33,896 bases of DNA from a virus (Duplodnaviria; Caudoviricetes), in the IMG/VR virus record IMGVR_UViG_3300005805_000010, positions 1-33,896 of that record, one strand, 5' to 3'. Position 1 is the first letter of the stretch; each line of letters starts with the position of its first letter. The position numbers were made by a program, and so were the translations under genes. The notes beneath the pieces are model-generated. The model saw only the letters and a program-made list of their open reading frames with translations, made no database searches and was not told the DNA's origin. Shown in pieces: positions 14,880 through 24,772 of this stretch.

Positions 14880-15295
14880 TGTACCCTCCCACCGCCATAA
14901 GCATCTATCACAATCAACTGAGCTTCCTTGTCGGGACTCATCTTTTGCAAGAACTGCAAGAAAGCAGAGCGAGAGGCAAGGATAGCTGTCTCGGTGCCTA
15001 GCCTTCCAAACTGCAAACCAAGCAAGATACAGCCATGCGTGTCCTTGTGCGTATTGCCAGCGTGAAACAAAATATGATCACGCTCAGGAACATCCATTAC
15101 CTGCCAAGTGCTGCCAAACTTAGGACTCACTTTAGGTTTGAGCTTATACCTACCAACAGGGATACAACTTATCTGTCGCTCGTTATCCCTCCAAGCATCC
15201 TCTAACGTAACAAACTCAGGCACGTCATCAATACAGAGCACTCCCAGCGTAGCGCCGTCATGCTCTGATACTCTGACTAGCCTAAGCTGCTTCAT
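14876..15295 (-). CDS. DUF5675-like protein, candidate endolysin
   Basis: TLE...SCIPVGRY...DVPERDHILFHAGN...DTHGCILLG; His...Cys motif reminiscent of L,D-transpeptidase-fold enzymes. Confidence 0.75.
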   Translation of the reverse strand: MKQLRLVRVSEHDGATLGVLCIDDVPEFVTLEDAWRDNERQISCIPVGRYKLKPKVSPKFGSTWQVMDVPERDHILFHAGNTHKDTHGCILLGLQFGRLGTETAILASRSAFLQFLQKMSPDKEAQLIVIDAYGGGRVH

Positions 15296-16491
15296 GCCTC
15301 TAGTGCCACAATACGAGCTTCAAGGGCTTCTATTTTTGCGCTCAACTCCTTAATTGCTGCCGCAAGAATCGGAGTTATTTTACCGTAATCAACACCTTGA
15401 TATTTAGGTTGCCCGTTTTCGTCAACATCATCTTTCATGCCAGAAACGGCCTGAGGAAAAACCTCTGCGACCTCATGGGCAATAAAGCCTTCAGATGATT
15501 CCGATGAATCAACCCAATCAAACGAAACAGGGTTTAGCAACAACGCTCTTTGTAATCCGTCGGCTATCGGTGCTACGTTTTCCTTCAACCTATGATCGGA
15601 TGAAGTGTTATAATTTACAGCGTTCGTCGTCGTAACCCGTGTAACAGATCCACAAACTCCATTTGTTGAGTTTCTAAAAACTGCAAAGGTAGTACCGCTG
15701 GTGTCGTTGTTGTCTCTGATTCCAAGCCCGTTTTCTGCGGCTCCGAAAGCAAGGCACAGCTTATCTGCGCTAAAATTGGTGGTAGTATTTACGAATAGAA
15801 AACCTCCGGCAGTAATCCGCATGCGCTCGATAAGAGTGCCAGATCCATCTGGTGTTGTATAAAACTGCAATCGACCTGGCATGTCGTTGGTCGCTCCAGG
15901 TGTGCCGTCCACTGCTCCTCTAATCAGTGCGGCTTCGGAATATCCAGTACCGTTAGCACCGTTGAAATATATATTTCCGAGAACATCGCCATTTTGAACA
16001 ATGGTATTTGTTCCTACTGTTGCACTTCGAGACTTCTGAAAAAAAACACCAGACCCGACTATATCATTTCTGTAAGTGTTTAGTATTGGAACCGATAAAG
16101 CGTTATGCACATCAACTACGGCACCTGGTGTTGTTGTTCCAATTCCAATGTTACCACTAGCGTCAATTCTGACTTTCTCGGTCCCGTTAGTAGCTATGCC
16201 AATTTGATTTGCCGCTGGAGAAAAAAGTCCCGTATCCTGATCGTTACCAGCACAGATAGCTGGAGCGGCTGCGGTTCCTGATGCTGCGTTCGTTGCAATA
16301 TAACCGCCAAGGTTGAGATTGCCGGTCATTTGATTCTGACCAGTTTTGTTCAGGCACTCATTGATGCCATTTTTAAAATCATTGTCCTGGTTATCATGCA
16401 AGCCAGCTTCGATACCAACACCCGAATTGGCATCATTTACCCAACCGTTATCTCCGTTTGCTCTTGTGAAATTCCCCCCCGACCAAGCCAT
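15292..16491 (-). CDS. Tail fibre with C-terminal intramolecular chaperone (peptidase S74-like)
   Basis: GNIGIGTTTP fibre motif; SSDHRLKEN autocleavage motif; GFIAHEV...VDYGKITPIL followed by coiled coil. Confidence 0.9.
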   Translation of the reverse strand: MAWSGGNFTRANGDNGWVNDANSGVGIEAGLHDNQDNDFKNGINECLNKTGQNQMTGNLNLGGYIATNAASGTAAAPAICAGNDQDTGLFSPAANQIGIATNGTEKVRIDASGNIGIGTTTPGAVVDVHNALSVPILNTYRNDIVGSGVFFQKSRSATVGTNTIVQNGDVLGNIYFNGANGTGYSEAALIRGAVDGTPGATNDMPGRLQFYTTPDGSGTLIERMRITAGGFLFVNTTTNFSADKLCLAFGAAENGLGIRDNNDTSGTTFAVFRNSTNGVCGSVTRVTTTNAVNYNTSSDHRLKENVAPIADGLQRALLLNPVSFDWVDSSESSEGFIAHEVAEVFPQAVSGMKDDVDENGQPKYQGVDYGKITPILAAAIKELSAKIEALEARIVALEA

Positions 16492-16500
16492 GTTATTCTC

Positions 16501-19398
16501 CTAAACCAAACTCATTACTTTGTTTACATATTCTCGTGTCTCTCGTGGCACCTTCACCACGCTCAACACGTTTTCCCAAGTTACGTATTTCTTTTCAGCT
16601 CGTAACTTTGCGACAGCATTTTCAATGTTTCTTGGTCCCCAGTTGTAGGCAGCTAAGGCAAGCTCAGGTTGACCAAACTCTTTTAACTGTTGAGCAAGAT
16701 ACCTACTGCCACCCTCAACATTCTGCTCAGGATCGAACCTATCCTCAACACCTAAATCCTTAGCTGTACCTGGCATAAGCTGCATCAAGCCAGCAGCACC
16801 TTTACTGCTAACAGCTTTAGGTTTACCTGCTGATTCAACCTGCATCACCGCTTTCACTAGATCAGGAGGTGCGTACCCTTCACCTTCAGGAATCGAAACG
16901 TCTTGCTTGCCTATCTTTACACTCTCTTGCTTAAGTGTAGGCGTTTCATTTAAAGATGATTCAATGGCTTTTATGCGCTCCTCTAGCTGCATGTTTTCAG
17001 CTTCGATTGGGCTCATCTCAGCCTTAGCTTCGGTTTCAGGTATAGCCGCCTTACCACCGAAAAACCCTAAGCGAGTGCCCACATCAAATAGGGCATTGAT
17101 ATTTTCTTTTGTAGGAGGAGCCTCTGCAAATTTAAGCAAACGAGGATCAGCCATCATTTCTGATGCGAATCTATTTATTTGACTGCGTCTAGTTGCTCGA
17201 ATTTTAGAAACGATGTTATCAGCTATTGCCCCTACCACTGTGCCAGGTTTTAAAATAGCTCTAGCACTAAACAAAGCCCCTAAGCTGGTCTGTCGTACGC
17301 TAGTAATAGAGTTACCAGAAGCTAATTCTCGTTCAAGTCGAGCAGGGCTCTTAGACACCTCTAAGTCGGCAAGAACTTTCTGAAGCTGTGGTAAATCGCC
17401 TTGGAATAACTTTTCAGCAATCTTCTTGTTCTTGCTCAAGTTTTCAATAGCATCACCACGTTTGGTTAAACGCTCAGAAATAAACTTAGCTCGTGCCATA
17501 GGAAGCAGCGGAGAATCAGCAAACTCTTTGGCGAATCTTGCGGCTACTTGTTGATCAGCAAATATCTTATTTGGAATTGCAGAATCAGAGACTCTTGCAA
17601 ATTCTTCTAGTGGTGCTTTTTGTCCTCGTTTCTGAGCAAAGTTTTCAACGTCAGTGTATTGGTCACCAAACGCTACTTTGAACTTAGACTTTTCTTTACC
17701 AAGATATTCGGTAGGGTTTTTAGCACTGGTCAAATCAGACAACAGTTGCATCCTTATCTCGGTCATCTCACCAGATTCAAAACCAACCTTCTTAGAAACT
17801 TCCATGATGTTTTCTGGCGTTTCTGTGGCTTTCTTGATTACCTTACTTGCCTGTAGTTTTGGCTTAAACTGTCGTATCGCAGTTATGTCACCGATAGCGC
17901 CTTGAGAGAAAGTTTCTTTAGCTGCTCGTGTTGCACCAATAGCTTCACTTAGTTTTGTAAAAGCCTCTAAATCTGGTTTTGTTGCTGCGGTTCCAGGCAA
18001 TCCACCACGAGCACCAACTGTTGGGTCATACGCATAACTCAATCCAGCGTTATCAATGTTCTCTCGTAACATTGACATTAGTTTAGCTTCTCGTGGATTT
18101 ACACCACTTGCTTCTGCCATTGCACGACCAGCAGCAGAACGTAAATCTTGAAGATCATCAACAGTAACTATGCCATTTTTATTTTGGGCTAAATCATAAA
18201 CTTTGTTCATGACTCGTTGAGCTTTGGCACTGGTATCAGCTTTTGCTAACTCACCAAAATTAGCATACTCACGCATTGTTTCAGCAAACGGAGTAGAAGC
18301 ATCAATCTTAGTTTTGCCAGGAACCTTTTCCCATGCGGCACTAGCAATATCCTCTACATCTTCTTTGCGGAGCATCAGAGATTGTTGCAATGATTTACCA
18401 CGTTCAAATGGGGTTGCAGCCTGCTCTGTCGCACCGTATCCTAAGCCTTGCAGCAATCCTGCTTCTTGTGCTTGCTTCTGCTGTGCCGCAGTTTCTGCTG
18501 CGTCACGGAGAGCTATAGCCATCTCACCTTGTTGCGGCGTAATTCCAAGGCTTTCTAACTCTGCGCCTATTTCTGCCTTACGAGCCTGAATAGCTGGCAA
18601 GAGTGTTTGTGCTCCTTCAGGAGTACTTAGCAAACTTTGTTGAAGTTGTGCGCCTCCTGGCGTCTGAGCAATCTCAGCAGCAGTAAGTGGTAGGCCACCA
18701 GTACCAGTTTGTAATTGTGGCAACATGCTTGCAATGCGTAATCGCTCTGTGCCTTCTTCGCCAACTCGTTGCAGAATCTCAGCCTGAGCAGCCGCACGAA
18801 GTGCTTCTTCGTTTCCAGTAATTACCTTTGCGGTTGGAACAAGGGCTGATGCTAAACCACGAGCACCAGCTACACCAGCTTGAAGTGTAGCAGGAGCTAG
18901 TATAGCACCAGCAATACCAGCATAAGGAGATTCTGGTGCAATGCCTTCAGCAACTTCTTTGCCAGTATATGCTGTCAAACCTAAAGCTGCTTCTTTAAGA
19001 AGTTGAGCCCCAAGCCTTCCCTTACCACCAGGGCCTGGTGTCATAAACTCAACTGCTTCTTGCACTTTTGTTTTGGGCTCTAAACCGAGTATTTCTGCAA
19101 CGCCACGACCAGGTAAACCCTGATCGCTTTCTATTAAAGCATCAACTAATCTAGACGCTCCCCATGGTTCTGAAGGAAGACCAGCGTACTGCAATCCTTT
19201 ACTGGGTAGGTAGGCAAGTAGATCAGCTAATCCAGCTACGCCACGAGTAATACCTACAGGTACATCAAACGCAAGCTGCTTTAGTCCATAACCACCAGAT
19301 TCGGTTGCCATGGCAGCAGGTTGTGCAGAACCAAGACTTGATTCAAGTTGAGTAATTCGAGCTTCTAATGCTGCGTTTTCTTCTTCAATCGTTGCCAT
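16501..19398 (-). CDS. Large internal virion/ejection protein with C-terminal lytic transglycosylase
   Basis: Ala-rich helical 965 aa; AVMQVESAG, GAAGLMQLMPGTA, ALAAYNWG, ETREYV. Confidence 0.88.
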   Translation of the reverse strand: MATIEEENAALEARITQLESSLGSAQPAAMATESGGYGLKQLAFDVPVGITRGVAGLADLLAYLPSKGLQYAGLPSEPWGASRLVDALIESDQGLPGRGVAEILGLEPKTKVQEAVEFMTPGPGGKGRLGAQLLKEAALGLTAYTGKEVAEGIAPESPYAGIAGAILAPATLQAGVAGARGLASALVPTAKVITGNEEALRAAAQAEILQRVGEEGTERLRIASMLPQLQTGTGGLPLTAAEIAQTPGGAQLQQSLLSTPEGAQTLLPAIQARKAEIGAELESLGITPQQGEMAIALRDAAETAAQQKQAQEAGLLQGLGYGATEQAATPFERGKSLQQSLMLRKEDVEDIASAAWEKVPGKTKIDASTPFAETMREYANFGELAKADTSAKAQRVMNKVYDLAQNKNGIVTVDDLQDLRSAAGRAMAEASGVNPREAKLMSMLRENIDNAGLSYAYDPTVGARGGLPGTAATKPDLEAFTKLSEAIGATRAAKETFSQGAIGDITAIRQFKPKLQASKVIKKATETPENIMEVSKKVGFESGEMTEIRMQLLSDLTSAKNPTEYLGKEKSKFKVAFGDQYTDVENFAQKRGQKAPLEEFARVSDSAIPNKIFADQQVAARFAKEFADSPLLPMARAKFISERLTKRGDAIENLSKNKKIAEKLFQGDLPQLQKVLADLEVSKSPARLERELASGNSITSVRQTSLGALFSARAILKPGTVVGAIADNIVSKIRATRRSQINRFASEMMADPRLLKFAEAPPTKENINALFDVGTRLGFFGGKAAIPETEAKAEMSPIEAENMQLEERIKAIESSLNETPTLKQESVKIGKQDVSIPEGEGYAPPDLVKAVMQVESAGKPKAVSSKGAAGLMQLMPGTAKDLGVEDRFDPEQNVEGGSRYLAQQLKEFGQPELALAAYNWGPRNIENAVAKLRAEKKYVTWENVLSVVKVPRETREYVNKVMSLV

Positions 19399-20405
19399 TA
19401 CTTTCTTTGTGCCGCTAATGCTTCAAGTTTCGCTAATCGTGCCTTCAACTCCTCATTGCGCTGCTGTGCTGGTGTTTTAGTTGATTGTCCTTTTATCGAT
19501 TCTAAAAGCGCAGTTCCACCTACCTCTGATGCTTTTTTATATTGTTCTAAAGAAGCGATAGTCCTAGTTTCGGCTAAGTTTGCTAATTGCTCCAAGCGAG
19601 CAGCAATGCTTTGAGAGCCTGAAGTGACGCCGCCTAATGTAGCTTCTTTAATGTTCTCTTGTTCCTGTACTGCAAGGTTTCCAGTATCACCAAGCATCTT
19701 TACTGTACTAGGAACTAAACTTTGCAAAGCAGATTCAGCAAGGTCTGCTTTACTGCCTGGTACTGCTTTCTGCAAATTGTATTCCACTGCATTAGCATTT
19801 AAATCCCTATATTGTTGAGCAAGGTTTCTTAATTGCTGTATCTGTCCTGTAATGCCGGTGAAGCTCTGTTTTTGTGCGGCTGGAATACTCTTCCAGAAAT
19901 CTTCTGTTTCGTCGCCTTTAACTCTAGGTCGTGCTTCTCTAATCTTTTCTAGCTCACGTTGAAATAGTTTCTCGCCTTCTGGTCCAAGCTCAAACTTGGC
20001 CAATCCAGTTCGCTTTGCTACTTCCTGGTCTACGAGTTGCTTCATCGCTGCTTGTTGAGCAGCAAGGCGAGTATTAACTCCTAGCAGCTTCTCCTGCATT
20101 AGAGCGTCTGGAGCTGATTCTATGATGCCTAAACGAGCCTGTGGAGACTGAGCTTCTAGTAGTTGCAACCCAAGTCGATTAGCCGCAAGAGATTGCTCAG
20201 CGGCTGATTGTCTAGCCTGATAGCCAAGCAAACCGCTTATAAGAGCGCCACCTAAAGCTATGCCTATGTTAGTGCCAGCACCCTGATAAGGATTCATCAA
20301 GGCAGGTAAAGACGAAGCTAATACCTGTGAGCTGGTACCATATCCAGTCTCTGCTGGATCGTAGGTAAGTCCTGCTAGTGCCCCGTATAAATCTTCACCT
20401 GCCAT
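19398..20405 (-). CDS. Probable ejection/internal virion protein
   Basis: Ala/Gln-rich with a Gly-rich hydrophobic segment; position in the late operon. Confidence 0.65.
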   Translation of the reverse strand: MAGEDLYGALAGLTYDPAETGYGTSSQVLASSLPALMNPYQGAGTNIGIALGGALISGLLGYQARQSAAEQSLAANRLGLQLLEAQSPQARLGIIESAPDALMQEKLLGVNTRLAAQQAAMKQLVDQEVAKRTGLAKFELGPEGEKLFQRELEKIREARPRVKGDETEDFWKSIPAAQKQSFTGITGQIQQLRNLAQQYRDLNANAVEYNLQKAVPGSKADLAESALQSLVPSTVKMLGDTGNLAVQEQENIKEATLGGVTSGSQSIAARLEQLANLAETRTIASLEQYKKASEVGGTALLESIKGQSTKTPAQQRNEELKARLAKLEALAAQRK

Positions 20406-20408
20406 AAC

Positions 20409-21356
20409 TTACCTTCTATTAGCTACTGCCAATGTACCGCCTTGAGCAATTCCTGTTGCGATTGATTGTCCGGTAGAGGGTTGTTGTTGTCCACCTTGTT
20501 GTGCACCATATTGATTCATCATGTATTGAGCGAATTGTCGTTCCGCAGCAGAACTATCGTAGCCCCCTCCTCCACCGCCACGTCCGGCTGCTTTCTGCAA
20601 TCGAGCTGCTTCTCTTAATTTCTCAAGGTCAAACTGTTGCTGTTGTGTTGCAGCTTGTCCTGTATACTGACTAGCCAAACCAGCCATGTATGGACCTTGA
20701 ATAGCTTGGAATTGCTCAAACGGCATATTAGCTAACTGTCCAGCCTGACCAAACGCTTGCTGCTGTACGCTATAAGCAGCTTGCTCAGCAGCGTTTGCTG
20801 CCTCTTGTCGTGCTCTATCTTCCCTGTCGTTAAGGTCACGCATCATGGCTTGAGCTGCTGGTGAGTTTGGATCTAGTCCTCGCTCTACAATAGCTTGCTG
20901 TGTGGATTGGCGCTCTCGTCCAAACTGTTCAGCATTGCGGCGCTCAAACTGAGACAAGACATTCTGCCTTGCTCTATCCATTTCTTGAGTAAAGCCAGGT
21001 TCATACTTTTGCTGCATTTGATAAGGATCAAACTCTTTGAACTGACCAACTATGTCAGTATAAGCTCCAGCGCCTTCACGAATGGGTTGCTCAGACAATT
21101 CCTCTAGTGTTGGCTGTTGTGGGCCAGTCGGTGCTTGACCTTTTCGAGCTTCAGCTCTGCGAGTAATAGCAGTAATAATCTCGGGTCTAACACCTTGCTT
21201 CTTACCAGCCTCTTGCGCCTTTTTTAACTGAGCTGGAAATTTAGGGTCAGAAGGATCCATAGCGGCAAGTGCAGCTTTCTCTTTCTCCCAAGCAGATTGA
21301 GGCTTAGGCTTTTTATCTTTTTGTTTTGGGTCTTTTGCCAATGCTGTTTTAGCCAT
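20409..21356 (-). CDS. Probable ejection/internal virion protein
   Basis: Gln/Ala-rich helical protein following the tail hub gene. Confidence 0.65.
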   Translation of the reverse strand: MAKTALAKDPKQKDKKPKPQSAWEKEKAALAAMDPSDPKFPAQLKKAQEAGKKQGVRPEIITAITRRAEARKGQAPTGPQQPTLEELSEQPIREGAGAYTDIVGQFKEFDPYQMQQKYEPGFTQEMDRARQNVLSQFERRNAEQFGRERQSTQQAIVERGLDPNSPAAQAMMRDLNDREDRARQEAANAAEQAAYSVQQQAFGQAGQLANMPFEQFQAIQGPYMAGLASQYTGQAATQQQQFDLEKLREAARLQKAAGRGGGGGGYDSSAAERQFAQYMMNQYGAQQGGQQQPSTGQSIATGIAQGGTLAVANRR

Positions 21357-21358
21357 AA

Positions 21359-22894
21359 CTATACCTGTCCACCCATATCGTATCTTATCTCAAATCCTAG
21401 TATTTGCATGGTAGTGTTTTTTAGTGAACCACCAAAACGTATTGCTGCACAATGGCCCTGTCCCCTCGTTGCATAACGGTCAAACACATACTCAACACCC
21501 GATGACCAAGGACTACCCCAAGGACTGCCCCAAGGTGTAAATACACTTGTTGGAGACGTTACTGATGTAATAGCTGTGCCCTGTTTAAAATCCGTATCCA
21601 AGCCGATATTCAGCGTTACGCCTCGGCGAGTCTTGAGGATAGGGCGAATATCTTTGAACGCTTTGTAGTTCGCTCTGGAGCCGTAAAAGCTAAATGCAGT
21701 CCGTCCCGAGAACGTAATTGCTTGGCTATCTGTAGTGGTAACAGCATCAGCCTGACCAGTTTCACCCTTCCAGACGATACCAGTAGAGGAGCAGTAGTAA
21801 GGCAGCTTATTAAAGAGACATGCGCTGGTTGCATGAACGTCTTGATTTAATTGGAACTTGGTCCATCCTTTCGTATCAATGCTATAAACTAGAAAGTAAC
21901 CACCAACACCGCTGGTTGGAACATGGATATAAACTCGCCTCCCTTGTGGCCAGAAAAACCCATGCCATTGATGGTCAAACTCAAATGAAGTAGCTACTTC
22001 TGAAATCAGAGGATTGATTCGATAGCTTACAGCGTTTAACGCTTGCTCTGGGTCTGATTGGAACAAACTAGAAATTGGTACAATTCCTTGCTCAGTCAGG
22101 ATCCAGATATCATTGTTGATGCGAACAAAAGCACGATAACCGAGAGGTTTACCAATAACATAGCGAGCAACAAGTCCCCATGTGGTAGGATCTCCGGCAT
22201 ATACTCCATTGTAGAAAACTATTTCGCCTTCTGAACTAAGAGCCCAAAAGTAATCTTGTGAGGTTGTGCTGGTTGTATTGCTGAAGCTACCGATGCTTAC
22301 TAAATAACCACCACGAGTAAAGACGTAGCTGAAATCGAAGCTCGTCAGAGCGGGAGTGCCACCAGTGCCAGTGACTTGCAAGCCACCGTACCAAACTTTA
22401 GCGGTGTTTTTTTCTACAAAGTATAAACGCTCTTTATAAGCTGTGACGTTTACGAGACTGCTTAAAGTAACGCCCGTAAAAGTAAGATTAGAAAAGGTAG
22501 CAGCAGTGCCATCCCACACCTGTGCAGTATCTTGACCGTTACAAAGGTAAATACGGTTATTGTAAGTGACGTTTTGCCATTCACCTGACGATGGAGTGGT
22601 GGTGCCAGTGCGATCAGTAATTACTCCTGCTGTTGTTGCAGAGTAAAGTTTGCTGTTAGTACCAAGCACTAGCAGTTGAGTGCCATCTGCTTTGATGAGT
22701 GAAGCGGAAAACTTAACATCGGTCGCAACACCAATGTCTGCAAACTGAGTGTAGCCCAGACGAACCGTAGGAGCACCATTGCCAGGAAACACATTTACTA
22801 AGTCCAGCGCATAGGCTGGATCCATGTTGTCTATCGGACTTACTAGGTCCAATCCTCCGTAGGGAGGGGACATTGTGAAACCTTGAAAGGCCAT
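21359..22894 (-). CDS. Tail hub/nozzle-like protein (P22 gp10 / tubular protein B-like)
   Basis: 511 aa, beta-rich; N-terminal PPYGGL...ALDLVNVFP; podovirus gene order. Confidence 0.7.
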   Translation of the reverse strand: MAFQGFTMSPPYGGLDLVSPIDNMDPAYALDLVNVFPGNGAPTVRLGYTQFADIGVATDVKFSASLIKADGTQLLVLGTNSKLYSATTAGVITDRTGTTTPSSGEWQNVTYNNRIYLCNGQDTAQVWDGTAATFSNLTFTGVTLSSLVNVTAYKERLYFVEKNTAKVWYGGLQVTGTGGTPALTSFDFSYVFTRGGYLVSIGSFSNTTSTTSQDYFWALSSEGEIVFYNGVYAGDPTTWGLVARYVIGKPLGYRAFVRINNDIWILTEQGIVPISSLFQSDPEQALNAVSYRINPLISEVATSFEFDHQWHGFFWPQGRRVYIHVPTSGVGGYFLVYSIDTKGWTKFQLNQDVHATSACLFNKLPYYCSSTGIVWKGETGQADAVTTTDSQAITFSGRTAFSFYGSRANYKAFKDIRPILKTRRGVTLNIGLDTDFKQGTAITSVTSPTSVFTPWGSPWGSPWSSGVEYVFDRYATRGQGHCAAIRFGGSLKNTTMQILGFEIRYDMGGQV

Positions 22895-22897
22895 TAG

Positions 22898-23608
22898 TTA
22901 CCTTCTGTATGGCATCATTGGTTGATATTGTTGTGGGTTTAAATTCGCTTGTGACATTGCTTGTGACATCCCTTGCTGCTGAACATCAAACGCAGGACTA
23001 GGCCCACCATAGATGCCTGTGTTTACCGATTGTTGAGGCATATTAGGCATAGAGAATGGATACTGCATCTGATCCATTTGCTCCATCTGAGGTCTAGGAG
23101 CAGGTTTAAAGTATTGCTGTAATTGTTGCCATTGCTCAGGAGTAATTTGAGACATAAACCCAGGTTGAGTCCCAATGGGCTGAGAGCCTTGAGCTAAGTT
23201 ACCTGCTTCGGTAGCAGCGTTACCTGGCATGGTGCCTAGAGGTGCTGGAGGTCGAGTAGCAATTTGTCCAGGCTGTTGTGACTGATTCATTGCATCTAAC
23301 AAAACTCCTTGTTGTGCTCTGTCTCGACCATCTCCTCTTCTACCAGCTCCTTGTCGTGCGGCATCTGACGCTCTATCTCGCATGGAAGGTTGACCAGGTA
23401 GAGCTTGACCTTTTGAGCCTACAAGCTGTCCTGATCGGCTACGATACACACCAGGGGAAAGACGCTTTAGTGGTCCTGGCTTACCTTGAACTACGCCATC
23501 AGAAACACCTGGAACACCTGGTTTCATGTTCTGTAAACGGTCTTTTTCAGACTGAGGAATAGCAATGCTAACTGTTGGGTCTTTCTTCATTGCGGTTTTT
23601 CTGGCCAT
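22898..23608 (-). CDS. Low-complexity Q/P/G/M-rich virion-region protein
   Basis: 236-aa ORF tightly packed in the late operon. Confidence 0.7.
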   Translation of the reverse strand: MARKTAMKKDPTVSIAIPQSEKDRLQNMKPGVPGVSDGVVQGKPGPLKRLSPGVYRSRSGQLVGSKGQALPGQPSMRDRASDAARQGAGRRGDGRDRAQQGVLLDAMNQSQQPGQIATRPPAPLGTMPGNAATEAGNLAQGSQPIGTQPGFMSQITPEQWQQLQQYFKPAPRPQMEQMDQMQYPFSMPNMPQQSVNTGIYGGPSPAFDVQQQGMSQAMSQANLNPQQYQPMMPYRR

Positions 23609-23609
23609 G

Positions 23610-24770
23610 TTATTTTCCTTTTGGTTTTAGAAGATTATTTATTGTTTGTTTTGCTGGTTTTGCTTGAGGTGGAATTTGAACTTGAGGGGCATTTGGCGCA
23701 GGTGGTCTCACTTGTGGCGCACCCTGCTGTCCTGGTTGTTGATTGAAAGTTGATTTGCTCAACATAGCTTGTATGTTGGCTAAAACATCTTTCTCCGATT
23801 TTGCGTTTGAGGTAACAGCATTGACAAGCATTCCAGTATATTGCTCAGGCTTAACTTTGCCATCCATCCCTTTGTAGATGTTACGAATCATAGGGTCGAT
23901 TTGCCCTACTGCAAAATTAGCCAAGGGATTTGAAAAGTCTACATCCCAAGCATTTCTGTTAGTTTTGCCATCTATGTTTTCACCTACGTTTTGATATTTA
24001 GTTTTGCCATCAAGTCCTACGTTGAATGTAGAACCATCTGCTAGGACTACATTAAACTTGTCATCAGCAACGCCACTTTGACGTAACATTCCTCTAAAAT
24101 CATCACGCAACAACTGAGCATCAGACTTGCCGGTTGTCATCATCTTACCAATGGAACGCTTGCCCATTAACTTCAGAGCCAAGTTGGGAGCAAAACCTGT
24201 TGCCATGTTGACGGCTTGGTTTATGTAATCTTCTCTAGTGCCACGACCGCGCAAAATATCTTTCATGCCGGTTTCCCAAGCCGTTGATAACGCCGCTGCG
24301 CCTACAGCAACAGGCAAAGCTACAGAACCGACTGAACCTAAAGTGCTAGCACCAGCAGTGGTTCCTGTACCGGCTGTTCCACCGACGACTTGCGCTCCAA
24401 TTGGAACTGGGGTAGCCACGGCACCAGCACCAGCCGTTCCACCTAAAGCACTTGCTCCACCCAGTCCTGTAGGCATAGCTGTTGCTCCCGCTGTTCCTGC
24501 CCCGCTACCAAATAAACCGGCGAGATTTGGAAATCCTTGCAATGCCTCCTGCGTAATTAAAATACCGCCGATAGCTCCACCTGTTTGAGCCAAGGCATTA
24601 CTTTGAGCTTGATTGGCCTGTTGTCGAGCTTGTTCTTCTGGTGTTTTAGGTGCGCCAAATCTTTGCTGAACCATTTGGACGGCTTGAACTGGAGGCACTC
24701 TTTGAGTTTGAAGCCAGAGATAATATGCTCTCGGGTCTTGCTGTGTAATTGCTGGTTCTTGTCCGTTCAT
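23610..24770 (-). CDS. Probable internal virion protein
   Basis: Gly/Ala/Thr-rich hydrophobic middle; Q/P-rich ends. Confidence 0.65.
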   Translation of the reverse strand: MNGQEPAITQQDPRAYYLWLQTQRVPPVQAVQMVQQRFGAPKTPEEQARQQANQAQSNALAQTGGAIGGILITQEALQGFPNLAGLFGSGAGTAGATAMPTGLGGASALGGTAGAGAVATPVPIGAQVVGGTAGTGTTAGASTLGSVGSVALPVAVGAAALSTAWETGMKDILRGRGTREDYINQAVNMATGFAPNLALKLMGKRSIGKMMTTGKSDAQLLRDDFRGMLRQSGVADDKFNVVLADGSTFNVGLDGKTKYQNVGENIDGKTNRNAWDVDFSNPLANFAVGQIDPMIRNIYKGMDGKVKPEQYTGMLVNAVTSNAKSEKDVLANIQAMLSKSTFNQQPGQQGAPQVRPPAPNAPQVQIPPQAKPAKQTINNLLKPKGK

Positions 24771-24772
24771 AG

